A DNA stretch of 63,368 bases, filler included, from Actinomycetota bacterium (lineage in GTDB: Bacteria; Actinomycetota; Acidimicrobiia; IMCC26256; VFJJ01), in NCBI GenBank assembly GCA_009886115.1. It is 6 parts of 6 records of this genome, joined end to end, with 100 filler letters (N's around TTAATTAATTAA, not from the genome) between each part and the next. Parts side by side here need not be neighbours in the genome. Positions count along the whole stretch, not along the records: positions 1 to 11,300 come from VFJJ01000194.1; positions 11,401 to 21,885 come from VFJJ01000208.1; 4 more parts are not named here. One strand, written 5' to 3'. Under the pieces are notes generated by a model that had not been told where the DNA came from, made no database searches, and was given only the letters and a program-made list of their open reading frames with translations. Shown here in pieces: positions 10,334 to 19,400 of this stretch. Numbering within the stretch: the stretch's first letter is position 1; each line of letters opens with the position of its first letter. A program made the translations under genes and the position numbers.

Positions 10334-11131
10334 GTGAGCATCGAGATCGACCTGCAGGGCAAGACCGCGATCGTCACCGGTGCCGGCGCGGGCATCGGCC
10401 GTGAGATCGCCCGTTGGCTCGCCCGTTCGGGAGCCGCCGTCGCGGTCAACGACATCCGTCCCGAGCCCGCCCGGGCGGTCGTCGACGAGATCGTGGCCGA
10501 GGGTGGACGGGCGATGGTCGCGGTCGCCAACGTGCGCGACGAAGCCGAGGTGGCGGCGCTCGTGGGCCGGGTTGTCGGCGAGCTCGGCGCGCTCGACATC
10601 CTCGTCAACAACGTGGGGATGCACGCGGGGCGCGCTGCCGTGCCGCTGGTGGGGATCGACGCCGCGCACATCCGTGATCTCCTCGAGCAGAACGTGCTCA
10701 CCACGATGCTCTGCGCGATCGCCGGGGCCCGGGTGATGATCGAGCAGGGGCGCGGTGGGGTGATCCTCAACGTCTCATCAGGTGAGACGACGCGCCCATC
10801 TCCTGGGCTGGAGCCCTATGCCGCCGCGAAGCACGCCGTGAACCACCTCACCTGGACCATGGCCGTCGAGTGGGGCCCGCACGGCATCCGGGTCAATGCC
10901 ATCGCCCCGGGTACCACGCTCACCGAGACCGTGCGGCCGGTGTTCACCGACGAGCACGTCGCCAACATCGTCGCCAGCACGCCCTTGCGGCGCATGGTCG
11001 AGCACGACGAGCTGGCCCGGCTCTCGGTCTTCCTCTGCTCCGACCTGGCCCGCTGCATCACCGGCCAGCTGATCCTGGCCGACGCCGGCGCCCACCTGTC
11101 GCGCTCGCGCCCCCGGAACCTCACCGAGTGA
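10334..11131 (+). CDS. Short-chain dehydrogenase/reductase (SDR)
   Basis: TGAGAGIG, LVNNVG, YAAAK, IRVNAIAPG. Confidence 0.93.
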   Translation: MSIEIDLQGKTAIVTGAGAGIGREIARWLARSGAAVAVNDIRPEPARAVVDEIVAEGGRAMVAVANVRDEAEVAALVGRVVGELGALDILVNNVGMHAGRAAVPLVGIDAAHIRDLLEQNVLTTMLCAIAGARVMIEQGRGGVILNVSSGETTRPSPGLEPYAAAKHAVNHLTWTMAVEWGPHGIRVNAIAPGTTLTETVRPVFTDEHVANIVASTPLRRMVEHDELARLSVFLCSDLARCITGQLILADAGAHLSRSRPRNLTE

Positions 11132-11174
11132 CCGACCGCCCCCCATCGTCGCACCCGGCCCCGCACCCGGCCCC

Positions 11175-11247
11175 GCATGTGGCGGGGGCCGGCATGTGGC
11201 GGGGGCCGGCATGTGGCGGGGGCCGGCATGTGGCGGGGGCCGGCATG
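11175..11247. repeat. 17-nt tandem repeat GCATGTGGCGGGGGCCG x4 after the operon end; can pair with upstream CCGGCCCCGC
   Basis: Four identical units with no spacers. Confidence 0.9.
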
Positions 11248-11300
11248 CGAAGAACGCGGGAACCTGTGAACCCGTTGGGCGAGTCCCGACAGGGGTGCCC

Positions 11301-11400
11301 NNNNNNNNNNNNNNNNNNNNNNNNNNNNNNNNNNNNNNNNNNNNTTAATTAATTAANNNNNNNNNNNNNNNNNNNNNNNNNNNNNNNNNNNNNNNNNNNN
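11301..11400. other. Artificial contig linker (N run with TTAATTAATTAA)
   Basis: Same 100-nt construct occurs five times. Confidence 0.98.
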
Positions 11401-11690
11401 CCCGGGACGATGGAGAGGCCCATCAGTCGGTTTGTCGGCGAGGTCGAAAGCCTTCACCGTCCAGACCCGCCACAAGGGCCTGTGTGGCGACGAGCAACTT
11501 GGTTCCGTGGTTCCTGAGGGTGTTGAGTAGCTCTGGGTGTCCTTCGGTCCAGGCGTCATTGATGATCGCCCAGGGGAGGGCGAGCAGATCGGGGTTGAAG
11601 AGGTCCGCTGGCCCGACGCACCGGTCGACCGCCTTGTCGTTGTGTTCGCCGTTGTGGAGATGAAGCCCTGGCCGAGTTCGAGTCCAAGAA
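11401..11690 (-). pseudogene. Degraded N-terminal part of an unidentified gene divergent from the Xre-RES pair
   Basis: Protein-like stretch DLFNPDLLALPWAIINDAWTEGHPELLNTLRNHGTKLLVATQ without a clean start; runs toward the contig edge. Confidence 0.35.
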
Positions 11691-11769
11691 AGTTCTCCTT
11701 GACAAGCGTTCGACGTATGGTACGACATACACACGACGTTTTGCTACGCTCTAGCTCGACGAGGGATCC

Positions 11770-12105
11770 ATGACGACACTTGCTTCATTGCTCGAGCATC
11801 TCTACGAGGGCGACGTGGTCGACACCGCCGACATCGCACGGGTCAGCGACACCAACCCGCGCAGTGTCAGTCGCTGGAAGGCGGAGGCCGCTGTTCCACG
11901 ACGCGACGCTGAGGAGCGACTGCTCGAACTCCGGGCCGTCGTCGACCTCGCCCGGAGAGTGATGCGTGACAGTGCAGCCCGTTTCTGGTTGCGCTCTCCC
12001 AACCCTGACCTTGGCTACGAAAAGCCACTCGACCTCATCGCCCAAGGCCGGTACCAACGCGTCATCGACCTGCTGCTGGCGCTGGCGGAGGGTGTGACCG
12101 CCTGA
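11770..12105 (+). CDS. Xre/MbcA/ParS-type antitoxin (HTH plus DUF2384-like domain)
   Basis: DIARVSDTNPRSVSRW HTH; FWLRSPNPDLGYEKPLDLI. Confidence 0.9.
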   Translation: MTTLASLLEHLYEGDVVDTADIARVSDTNPRSVSRWKAEAAVPRRDAEERLLELRAVVDLARRVMRDSAARFWLRSPNPDLGYEKPLDLIAQGRYQRVIDLLLALAEGVTA

Positions 12106-12106
12106 C

Positions 12107-12637
12107 ATGCCGGTGTTCGACGCAAGCAAGCTCGCCACGCTGGCCGGGACAGCGCTCTCGGTGGCCGGCTTCCGGAATCAGGCGAGCGGCTTCGATCCAC
12201 GAAGCGGTGATGGGGCCCGTCGCTTCGGAGGTCGCTTCAACCCGCCACACAGCTTCCCAGTGATCTACCTGTGCACGACTCGGCCGTGCGTTGTCGCCGA
12301 GTTGACACGACAAGCTGATCGGCAGGGCCTGACGGTCGACGACCTGCTACCCCGCGAGATCTGGCGAGTCACCGTCGAGCTCACGAAGGTGCTCGACCTC
12401 ACCCACCGCGAGACCTTGGAGGCACTCGAAGTCGATCCAGCCGATCTCATTCGCGACGACCTCCAGTTCACCCGCGAGATCGGCGAGGCTGCGCACGAGC
12501 ACCGCTTTCAAGCGATCCGGTCGGCGTCGGCGACCGGCGTCGACGAAGTCGTGGGGATCATGCCCGAGAATCTCGCTGGTGCCGTGCTGCATGCAGAACT
12601 CGTCCAGGAGTGGAGGACGGCATCAGAACTCCCTTGA
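12107..12637 (+). CDS. RES-domain toxin
   Basis: GDGARRFGGRFNP..VIYL..VAE..IRSASA; 1 nt after the antitoxin stop. Confidence 0.9.
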   Translation: MPVFDASKLATLAGTALSVAGFRNQASGFDPRSGDGARRFGGRFNPPHSFPVIYLCTTRPCVVAELTRQADRQGLTVDDLLPREIWRVTVELTKVLDLTHRETLEALEVDPADLIRDDLQFTREIGEAAHEHRFQAIRSASATGVDEVVGIMPENLAGAVLHAELVQEWRTASELP

Positions 12638-12865
12638 TGGGCTCATCGGACGCCCGACGAGCTCTACCAAAGGGGATCGTGGACGACGGAGGTTGGCTCT
12701 GGGGCCTGCGATGCGCTCCTGACGACCGCTCGCCCGCCCCCGCCCGCCCCCGCCCGCCGTCTCTGGTACGCACCGGGATCGCTGGAGGCCGAGAAACCGG
12801 GCGGTCCGTCGCCCCCGAGCGCGCCGTCGTCCGATCCGAGTCTGCAGCCGGGCGGGACGTACCCC

Positions 12866-12960
12866 CAGCATGGCTGTGATCTCGCGTAGCTGGTCGAGTG
12901 CAGCGGTTCGGATGTTGCCGAGCTGTTCGGCGTATCTGGTGGCACAGCCTGGGCGACGGT
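12866..12960 (-). pseudogene. 3' relic of a second mazF-like gene
   Basis: QLGNIRTAALDQLREITAML versus RLGNIGPPALEQLREIAALL of the intact toxin; about 52/62 nt identical by eye to 14899-14960. Confidence 0.75.
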
Positions 12961-12977
12961 GGCGCGTCTTGGATACC

Positions 12978-14477
12978 TCAGGGTGCGATGGTGCCGGGGA
13001 GCGTCAGGCGGAGGCCGGCGGCGTCGGCGATGCCGGGGTCGGTGTAGGCGTTGGACGCGCGCATCTGGGTATCGGCGTCTTGGAAGTTGGTCCAGTTGAT
13101 CGCGGTGGTCCAGCGTTGTGCGAAGTCGAGGACGGCGGTGATGGAGTGGCCTGGGTCGGCGCCGTTGGATATGGCGTTGAGGGCGACGAGGTAGTTGGTG
13201 CGGTACACGGTCGGGATGATGAAGCGGACCTGTCCGGCTGCGCTGAGTTCCGCGTTGGCGGCGAGTCGGGCGACGCGGCCGTTGCCGTCGACGAAGGGGT
13301 GGCACTCGGTGATCAGGAGCATCATCGCTACCGCTCGTGCGAAAGGGTCGACGAGCGGGTTGAGCTGGTCGAATCCGCGCCGGAGTGTTCCCTCGACGAG
13401 CTCGGGGCTAACGAAGGGGTACCCGCCGGCGTAGTTGGCGACGGTCTTGAACTTCCCGGGCTGCTTGTCGGGCCTGGCTGCCATCAAGACGGCGTGACGT
13501 TCACAGAGCGCATCGAGCAGCTGGTCGCTGGTCGCGGGGACGCGGCGTCGTTCGACGGGGTCGACAGCGAGACGGTACGTCGCAGCGACGTCGTGCGCGT
13601 CCTCTGGGCGTTCTGTTGATACGAGGCCGTCGACAGCGATTCGTCGGGCCTCGTCGACGCCGAACTCGGTGCCTTCGATGTAGTTCGAGAAGTACGCCTC
13701 GAAGAAGGGGAGCCACTCCCAACGGGTGCTCGGACCGAGCGTGGGTCGTGGCGTTGGTGCTCGTGACTGGAGCACCTCGACGAGCGCGGCGAGCATTGTG
13801 ATTCGGTGGGCGTCGTAGGGCGTGCCGGCGAGGCGTGCGGCGAGACGGTGAGATGTGGGTGTGACGGGACTGGTGACCGACCCCAACACGGCGGTCAGTC
13901 GATTGCGTACTGCTCCGACCGCCTCGGGCGCGAATGACGAAGCGATCACGTCGAGCTGAGCCAAGACGGTGAGGATGCGGCCGGCGCCTCCCGTCCTGGC
14001 CAGGTCGTCGATGCGGTCCTCGACCACATCGGTGCCTGCACGGTGGCGAGGTGGTCGGCCTCGCAGGTGGACGTTCTCCACGAGCGCTCGTGCTGGACCC
14101 GACACGAACAGTCCCGCCGGCATCGGCATGTCACCGGGCAGTCGCTCCGGCCCGATGACCGGGACGATCACGACACCGGGGAGCCGCAATGGTGATCTGC
14201 GTGGGGGATCGGGGGAGGCGACGAAGAGCTCTCCGGAGGAGGGCCGACCGCCGGCGAGGGCGGTGCGGCCGCAGAGCACACCGCCGGGAACGACGCTAGC
14301 GACGATCTCGTAGAGATGCTGGTTGGCGACCTGTTCTGGGGGAAGGGTCGCGCCGACGGCGTACAGCCCCGGGGCGAGACGGATCGCCTTGCCGCGGCCA
14401 GCGAGACGACTCAAGTGAGCCCGGTTCGTCGCGGAGGCCCTCTCGAGGATCCCGTGGGGTGGCGTGGCGACATTCAT
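12978..14477 (-). CDS. Fic family protein with AbiEi-like N-terminal region
   Basis: Canonical HPFVDGNGRVAR; FFEAYFSNYIEG; N-terminal LSRLAGRGKAIRLAPGLY; start uncertain. Confidence 0.88.
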   Translation of the reverse strand: MNVATPPHGILERASATNRAHLSRLAGRGKAIRLAPGLYAVGATLPPEQVANQHLYEIVASVVPGGVLCGRTALAGGRPSSGELFVASPDPPRRSPLRLPGVVIVPVIGPERLPGDMPMPAGLFVSGPARALVENVHLRGRPPRHRAGTDVVEDRIDDLARTGGAGRILTVLAQLDVIASSFAPEAVGAVRNRLTAVLGSVTSPVTPTSHRLAARLAGTPYDAHRITMLAALVEVLQSRAPTPRPTLGPSTRWEWLPFFEAYFSNYIEGTEFGVDEARRIAVDGLVSTERPEDAHDVAATYRLAVDPVERRRVPATSDQLLDALCERHAVLMAARPDKQPGKFKTVANYAGGYPFVSPELVEGTLRRGFDQLNPLVDPFARAVAMMLLITECHPFVDGNGRVARLAANAELSAAGQVRFIIPTVYRTNYLVALNAISNGADPGHSITAVLDFAQRWTTAINWTNFQDADTQMRASNAYTDPGIADAAGLRLTLPGTIAP

Positions 14478-14701
14478 CGGGGAAATGGCTCCGAGCACAG
14501 TGGTGCGAGCAACGTTTGATGAGAATACCACGCGGTGAGGCGACATTCCGTAGCAATAAGGCCTCCATTTCGGTTGTCGCTCGCGCGGGATACGGCATGC
14601 CGGCTTCGGCCAGTTCCCACGGTGCTGATGGGCGGTTACTCGCGGAGCGCGGCCATCGGCTCGATGGCGACGACACGGGTCGCTTCGATGAGATTCGATA
14701 G

Positions 14702-14745
14702 CTGATGAGGATGAGGTCGCACGTTCGATTCTTGCTCGCCCCACA
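14702..14745 (+). pseudogene. 3' half of tRNA-Ile(GAT), probable att-site relic
   Basis: CTGATGA anticodon loop, GAGGTC variable region, GCACG-TTCGATT-CTTGC T arm (1 mismatch), acceptor-like 3' strand; no 5' half or D arm. Confidence 0.65.
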
Positions 14746-14883
14746 ACACGGACAACCCGCAGGTCAGAAGCATCGACATTCCGGCCTTGCTCCTGTGTGA
14801 GGGTGAGCACAGTGCTTCGGAACCGATCTCTTGCTTGTTTCGCATCGGCTCGGAACGTCGCCCTTGTTGGCGAAGGCGCCGGT

Positions 14884-15231
14884 TCAGCGGATGTCGATCA
14901 GCAACGCTGCGATCTCGCGGAGCTGTTCGAGTGCTGGGGGTCCGATGTTGCCGAGCCGTTGGACGCATCGGGTCCGGACGATGGAGCGGAGTTGTTCGCC
15001 CTGCGCCCAGGTTGTCGTCGTGAGGCCGTTGAGCGTGTCGGGTGTGATCTCGACGTGTGAAGCAATGGTGCGCGCTGTTGTGGTGCAGGGCACGACGAAG
15101 ATCGTGGCCAGGTTTCGACGCAACAGACCGGGCGCTGACACGACGACCGCCGGGCGGACGAACCCGGCTTCGGATCCCTGTGGCACGCCCAGGTCGACGA
15201 GTACGACGTCGCCGGCGAGGAGATCGTTCAC
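14884..15231 (-). CDS. mazF: PemK/MazF family toxin
   Basis: GDVVLVDLGVPQGSEAGFVRPAVVVS..VVPCTT..AQGEQLRSI; GTGA overlap with antitoxin. Confidence 0.9.
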   Translation of the reverse strand: MNDLLAGDVVLVDLGVPQGSEAGFVRPAVVVSAPGLLRRNLATIFVVPCTTTARTIASHVEITPDTLNGLTTTTWAQGEQLRSIVRTRCVQRLGNIGPPALEQLREIAALLIDIR

Positions 15232-15485
15232 GATGTCTCGTGAGGCTCCGGGCTGTCGAGCTCGCGTGTCCACAGGTCGGCCTCGGCCCGGTACGCAGAC
15301 CATGCGGCCGGGTCGGCGCGCAGCGCAGATTCGGTTCGGGCCAACGCGTCGTAGAACTCCTCACGTCGGAGCGCTTCGAGGGCGTCGCGGAGCGTGTCGG
15401 TCAAGGTCGTGTGGCGATCCTGGGAGACTCGCCGGAGACGTTCTCGGAGCTGGATTGGGACACGGATCGTGGTGGAACCGGGCAT
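15228..15485 (-). CDS. Ribbon-helix-helix antitoxin (MazE-like)
   Basis: STTIRVPIQLRERL RHH pattern, acidic C-terminus, upstream of toxin. Confidence 0.85.
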   Translation of the reverse strand: MPGSTTIRVPIQLRERLRRVSQDRHTTLTDTLRDALEALRREEFYDALARTESALRADPAAWSAYRAEADLWTRELDSPEPHETS

Positions 15486-15491
15486 GGAGCC

Positions 15492-15522
15492 ACCCTACCA
15501 GTTGTAGACAATCAGCTCTACA
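15492..15522 (-). promoter_or_regulatory. Leaderless promoter with operator of the mazEF pair
   Basis: TGG-TAGGGT extended -10 6 nt before ATG; inverted repeat TGTAGA-N8-TCTACA at 15503-15522. Confidence 0.6.
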
Positions 15523-15697
15523 GCGTTCGAGGGGTCCCCGACGGGGCCAGCCGGTTTCAACCCTGGTCGGTGCGAAGAACGATCGACACGGGTTACGGTC
15601 GAACCCGTGGCTGACGATGCGGACGGGTCGCAACCGACGACCGAGACCGTCGCGCCGGATCATCGTGGAACTCCTCGATCGACCGGACGATCGCCCA

Positions 15698-15913
15698 TCA
15701 TCGTCCTGATCTGGTCAGCTCACCGCTACGGCTGTTGGCCTGGCTGAGAGCGAAGTCGGCGTCGGGTGCGTGCGATACGTGCGGCGCGTGCGACGGGGCT
15801 TCGTGGAGCCCGAATCGTTGGTGGACGCGGCGCAGCGGCGCGGGCGCCCACCAGTTTCGTTCACCGAGGAGCTTCATGGTGGCGGGAACGAGGAGGGTGC
15901 GGACGACGGCCAT
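15698..15913 (-). pseudogene. C-terminal remnant of an MMPL transporter
   Basis: VVRTLLVPATMKLLGERNWWAPAPLRR is a typical MMPL tail; the rest of the gene is absent. Confidence 0.85.
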
Positions 15914-15984
15914 CGATCGGCGCTCACGGCCGGTATCAGCCGATCGGAGTGCAGCGCGTTGGTGCCGGGTGGGATGCTCATCCG

Positions 15985-16332
15985 ATGGCGCAGCCGTTGA
16001 TCACCACGGCGGACGCGTCACGGATCCTGGAATCGACGCCGTTCGCGTGCTGGTGGCAGTTGGAGTTGGTCGAGCTCGGTGCCGGGTGGGCGTCGGTACG
16101 GCTCCCGGGCCGGCCCGGGCTCCTCCGTCCGGGCGACGTGCTTCACGGCTCGTGCTACGAGGTCGTGGCCGATGTCGCCATGTGGTTGGCGATCATGACC
16201 CTGACCGACCCGCGATCGGGGCACCGTGGGGTGCCGGCTGCCTTGCCCCGACATGCGATCTCGGATCGATCGCGACGGGAGCTGGTCGGCGTCACGATGA
16301 GTTCACGTGGTGGTCAGCCAATCGCTGGCTGA
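15985..16332 (+). pseudogene. Truncated PaaI/hotdog thioesterase
   Basis: LLRPGDVLHGSCYEVVADVAMWLAI; resemblance lost after about 16210. Confidence 0.7.
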
Positions 16333-16440
16333 GCAACGCAATCGGTACACATGGACCTCGTACCTTCGGCCGAGGTGGTCGGGCTCGATGCGCGCGCACG
16401 GCGACCAATCACGACACCCACGAGCGACAGAGAGATCCTG

Positions 16441-19400
16441 GTGAACGTACGCACCGGCTTCGGCCGAAACCGTCATGTCCAGCCGCGCCCGAGATCAGGT
16501 CGGAGAGGAGTCATCGCCATTGCTGCCGCGGTCACGATCGCCAGCGGTGCCGTGCTCGTTCCGATGGCCCAAGCTGATCCGCCGGGTACACCCCGGGCCG
16601 CCGGTCCTTGGTTCACCCCGCTGTCGACGTTCAACACGGCGGACCTCGGCAGTGCCGGCGCCGAGATCGTCGCCGCAACTCCCGACGGCAAGACCCTCCT
16701 CGTCACCAGCGCCCCCGGCGCCTCGATCGGGTTCGTGAACATCACCGACCCGGCCAACCCGGTGGCTGACGGCTTCGTCTCGCTCGGCGTCGCCGGCCAG
16801 GTCGAGCCCACGTCGGTCGCGGTGAGCCCGGGAGGCAAGTGGGCGTTGGCGACGGTGATCGACTCCGACGCCGCTCAGACCCCTGCGACGGGCGATTCGA
16901 GCCACGTCGCCGTGATCAGGATGAGCGACCGGTCGATCGTGCGCACCATCCCCATCGGCGGTGAGCCCGACTCGATCGCCATGTCGGCGACCGGTCGATG
17001 GGCTGCCATCGCCATCGAGAACGAGGTCTCCCCGGCCGTCCCGGGCTTCGTTGCGATCATCGACATCCTGCCGGCGAACAACCCGGCGGCATGGGCCGTT
17101 CGCACCGTGAACGTGAGCGGCCTGGCGGCGATCAACCCGGCCGACCCGGAACCGGAGTCGGTCAAGATCGCGTCGAACAACGTCGCGGCCGTCACGCTGC
17201 AGGAGAACAACCACATCGTCAAGATCAACCTGGCCAACGGGGCGGTGATCCAGCACTTCAGCGCGGGAACCGTCACCCACAAGGCCGACCTCCTCAACGA
17301 CCGGGAGATCCTGCTCGACCAGCAGATCACGAACTCTCCCCGGATCCCTGACGGGATCGCCTGGATCGACGGTTCGGGGCTCGTCACCGCCAACGAGGGC
17401 GAATCCGCGCTCTCCGGTGGGCGCGGGTTCACCGTCTTCGGCGCCGGTGGCGGGGTCGCGTTCGACCCGGGTGTCGCCTTCGAGCTCGAGGCGGTCCGTC
17501 ACGGGCACTACCCGGATGCCCGGTCGGCCGCCAAGGGCACCGAGCCCGAGGGCATCGACTCAGGCAAGTGGGGTACCCGCAACTTCCTGTTCGTCGCATC
17601 CGAGCGGGGGAACTTCCTCCAGGTCTGGCGGATGGGTGCCAACCGGCAGGCCGAGTTCCGCCAGCTCCTGCCGACGGGTGCCGCGCCCGAAGGCGTGCTC
17701 GCCATCCCCGGACGCAACCTCGTCGTCACGGCCAACGAAGGTGACGGCACGCTGTCGATCTTCGGTGGTCAGAACGCGTGGGGCACGTACCCCACGATCG
17801 TGTCGGTCGACGCCGATCCCCCCGTGAGCCAGGCCCTGCCGTGGAGTGCCCTGTCGGGATTCTCGGCCGGGACGGGCGACACGGTCTACAGCGTGAGCGA
17901 CAGCGCCCTCGGCGCAGTCATCGGAAGCCCCATCTACACCATGGACTCGAGCGTCGAGCCGGCCGTCATCACCCAGGTCCAGCGTCTCACCCAGGGTGGA
18001 GCGAAGCTGAGCCTCGACCTCGAGGGCATTGCTGTCCGACTCGACGGCTCGGGCCAGCCCGACGCGGCCGGTCAGGGATTCTGGGTGGTCAGCGAAGGCA
18101 GCGCCACCACGTCGAACTTCCTGGTGCGCACCAACGGTGACGCACAGGCGCAGCTCACGGTGCAACTTCCCGCAGCCGTGGCCGCCCAGAAGATCCAGTG
18201 GGGCTTCGAAGGCGTGACCGTCACCGGGAGCGAGGCAACGGGCAACGAGCAGGTGTACGTGGCCTTCCAGCGGGAGTGGCTCGACCAGCAGGGCACCGGC
18301 ATGGTGCGCATCGGTCGCTACACCCCCGCCACGGGAGCGTGGGCGTTCTACGCCTACCCGCTCGACGTCGCCAACCCCGTCTCGACGGCGCTCGCGTACG
18401 GCCTGTCGGAGATCACGGCGATCGACGACACGACGTTCATGGTCATCGAGCGTGACTCGGTGGCTGGCGCCGCGGCGGCCATCAAGAAGGTGTACAGCTT
18501 CTCCATCGACGGTGTGACTCCCACGACCTGCCCGGCCGACCCGGCTCCGTGCCCCGTCAACGCGTCCTCGCAGGTGCTCGCCAAGACCCTGCTCGTCGAC
18601 CTGATCGCCGAGCACGGATACCGCTACGAGAAGGTCGAGAGCATCGGCCTCATGGCCGACGGTCAGGTGCTCATCGTCAACGACAACGACGGCTTCGGCA
18701 AGACGCAGCTCCTGCGTCTCGATGGTGCCGCTCTGCTGGCCAAGCTGCCGGTGAAGGTGCAGCTGCTCGGCCTCAACGACTTCCACGGCGCGCTGAAGCC
18801 GACCAACCTCTCGGGTGTTCCTCACGGCGGCGTCGAGTACCTCTCGACGTGGGTGAAGAGCCTCGAGGCGACCAACCCCGACAACACCGTCGTCGTCTCC
18901 GCCGGTGACCTCATCGGGGCCAGCCCGTTGCTGTCGGCGCTGTTCCACGACGAGCCGTCGATCGAGGCCATGAACGCCTTGGGCCTCGACTACAACGCGG
19001 TCGGCAACCATGAGTTCGACGAGGGCGCCGCCGAGCTGTTGCGCATGCAGAGCGGCGGCTGTCACCCGACCGACGGGTGTCTCGACGGCGATCCGTTCGC
19101 CGGAGCCGACTTCGAGTTCCTGGCGGCGAACGTGAGCGTGGACGCCACGGGCGATCCGCTGTTCCCGGCCTTCAAGCTGCGTGACGTCGGTAGCGAGAAG
19201 GTGGCCTTCATCGGGATGACCCTCGAGGCGACACCGTCGATCGTCACACCGTCCGGTGTCGCCGGCCTCACCTTCAACGACGAGGCCGACACCGTCAATG
19301 CGCTCGTGCCGGTGCTGCAGGGGATGGGCGTCGAGTCCATCGTCGTGCTGGTGCACGAGGGTGGCGTCCCGACGGGCGGCACGATCAACGACTGCACCGG

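Noticed and set aside
11175..11247. Possible CRISPR array
   Set aside because: 17-nt units are contiguous with no spacers, and no cas genes are present
11249..11300. GTGAACCCGTTGGGCGAGTCCCGAC hairpin at contig end, reminiscent of a group II intron or IS 5' end
   Set aside because: Only about 50 nt are available, it does not match the GUGYG start, and no RT or transposase is in view
14636..14690. ATRVVAIEPMAALRE* on the minus strand, like the tail of an FtsX-type permease
   Set aside because: Too short to support a call
14702..14745. Functional tRNA-Ile gene
   Set aside because: No 5' acceptor strand or D arm, and the anticodon loop and T stem carry mismatches
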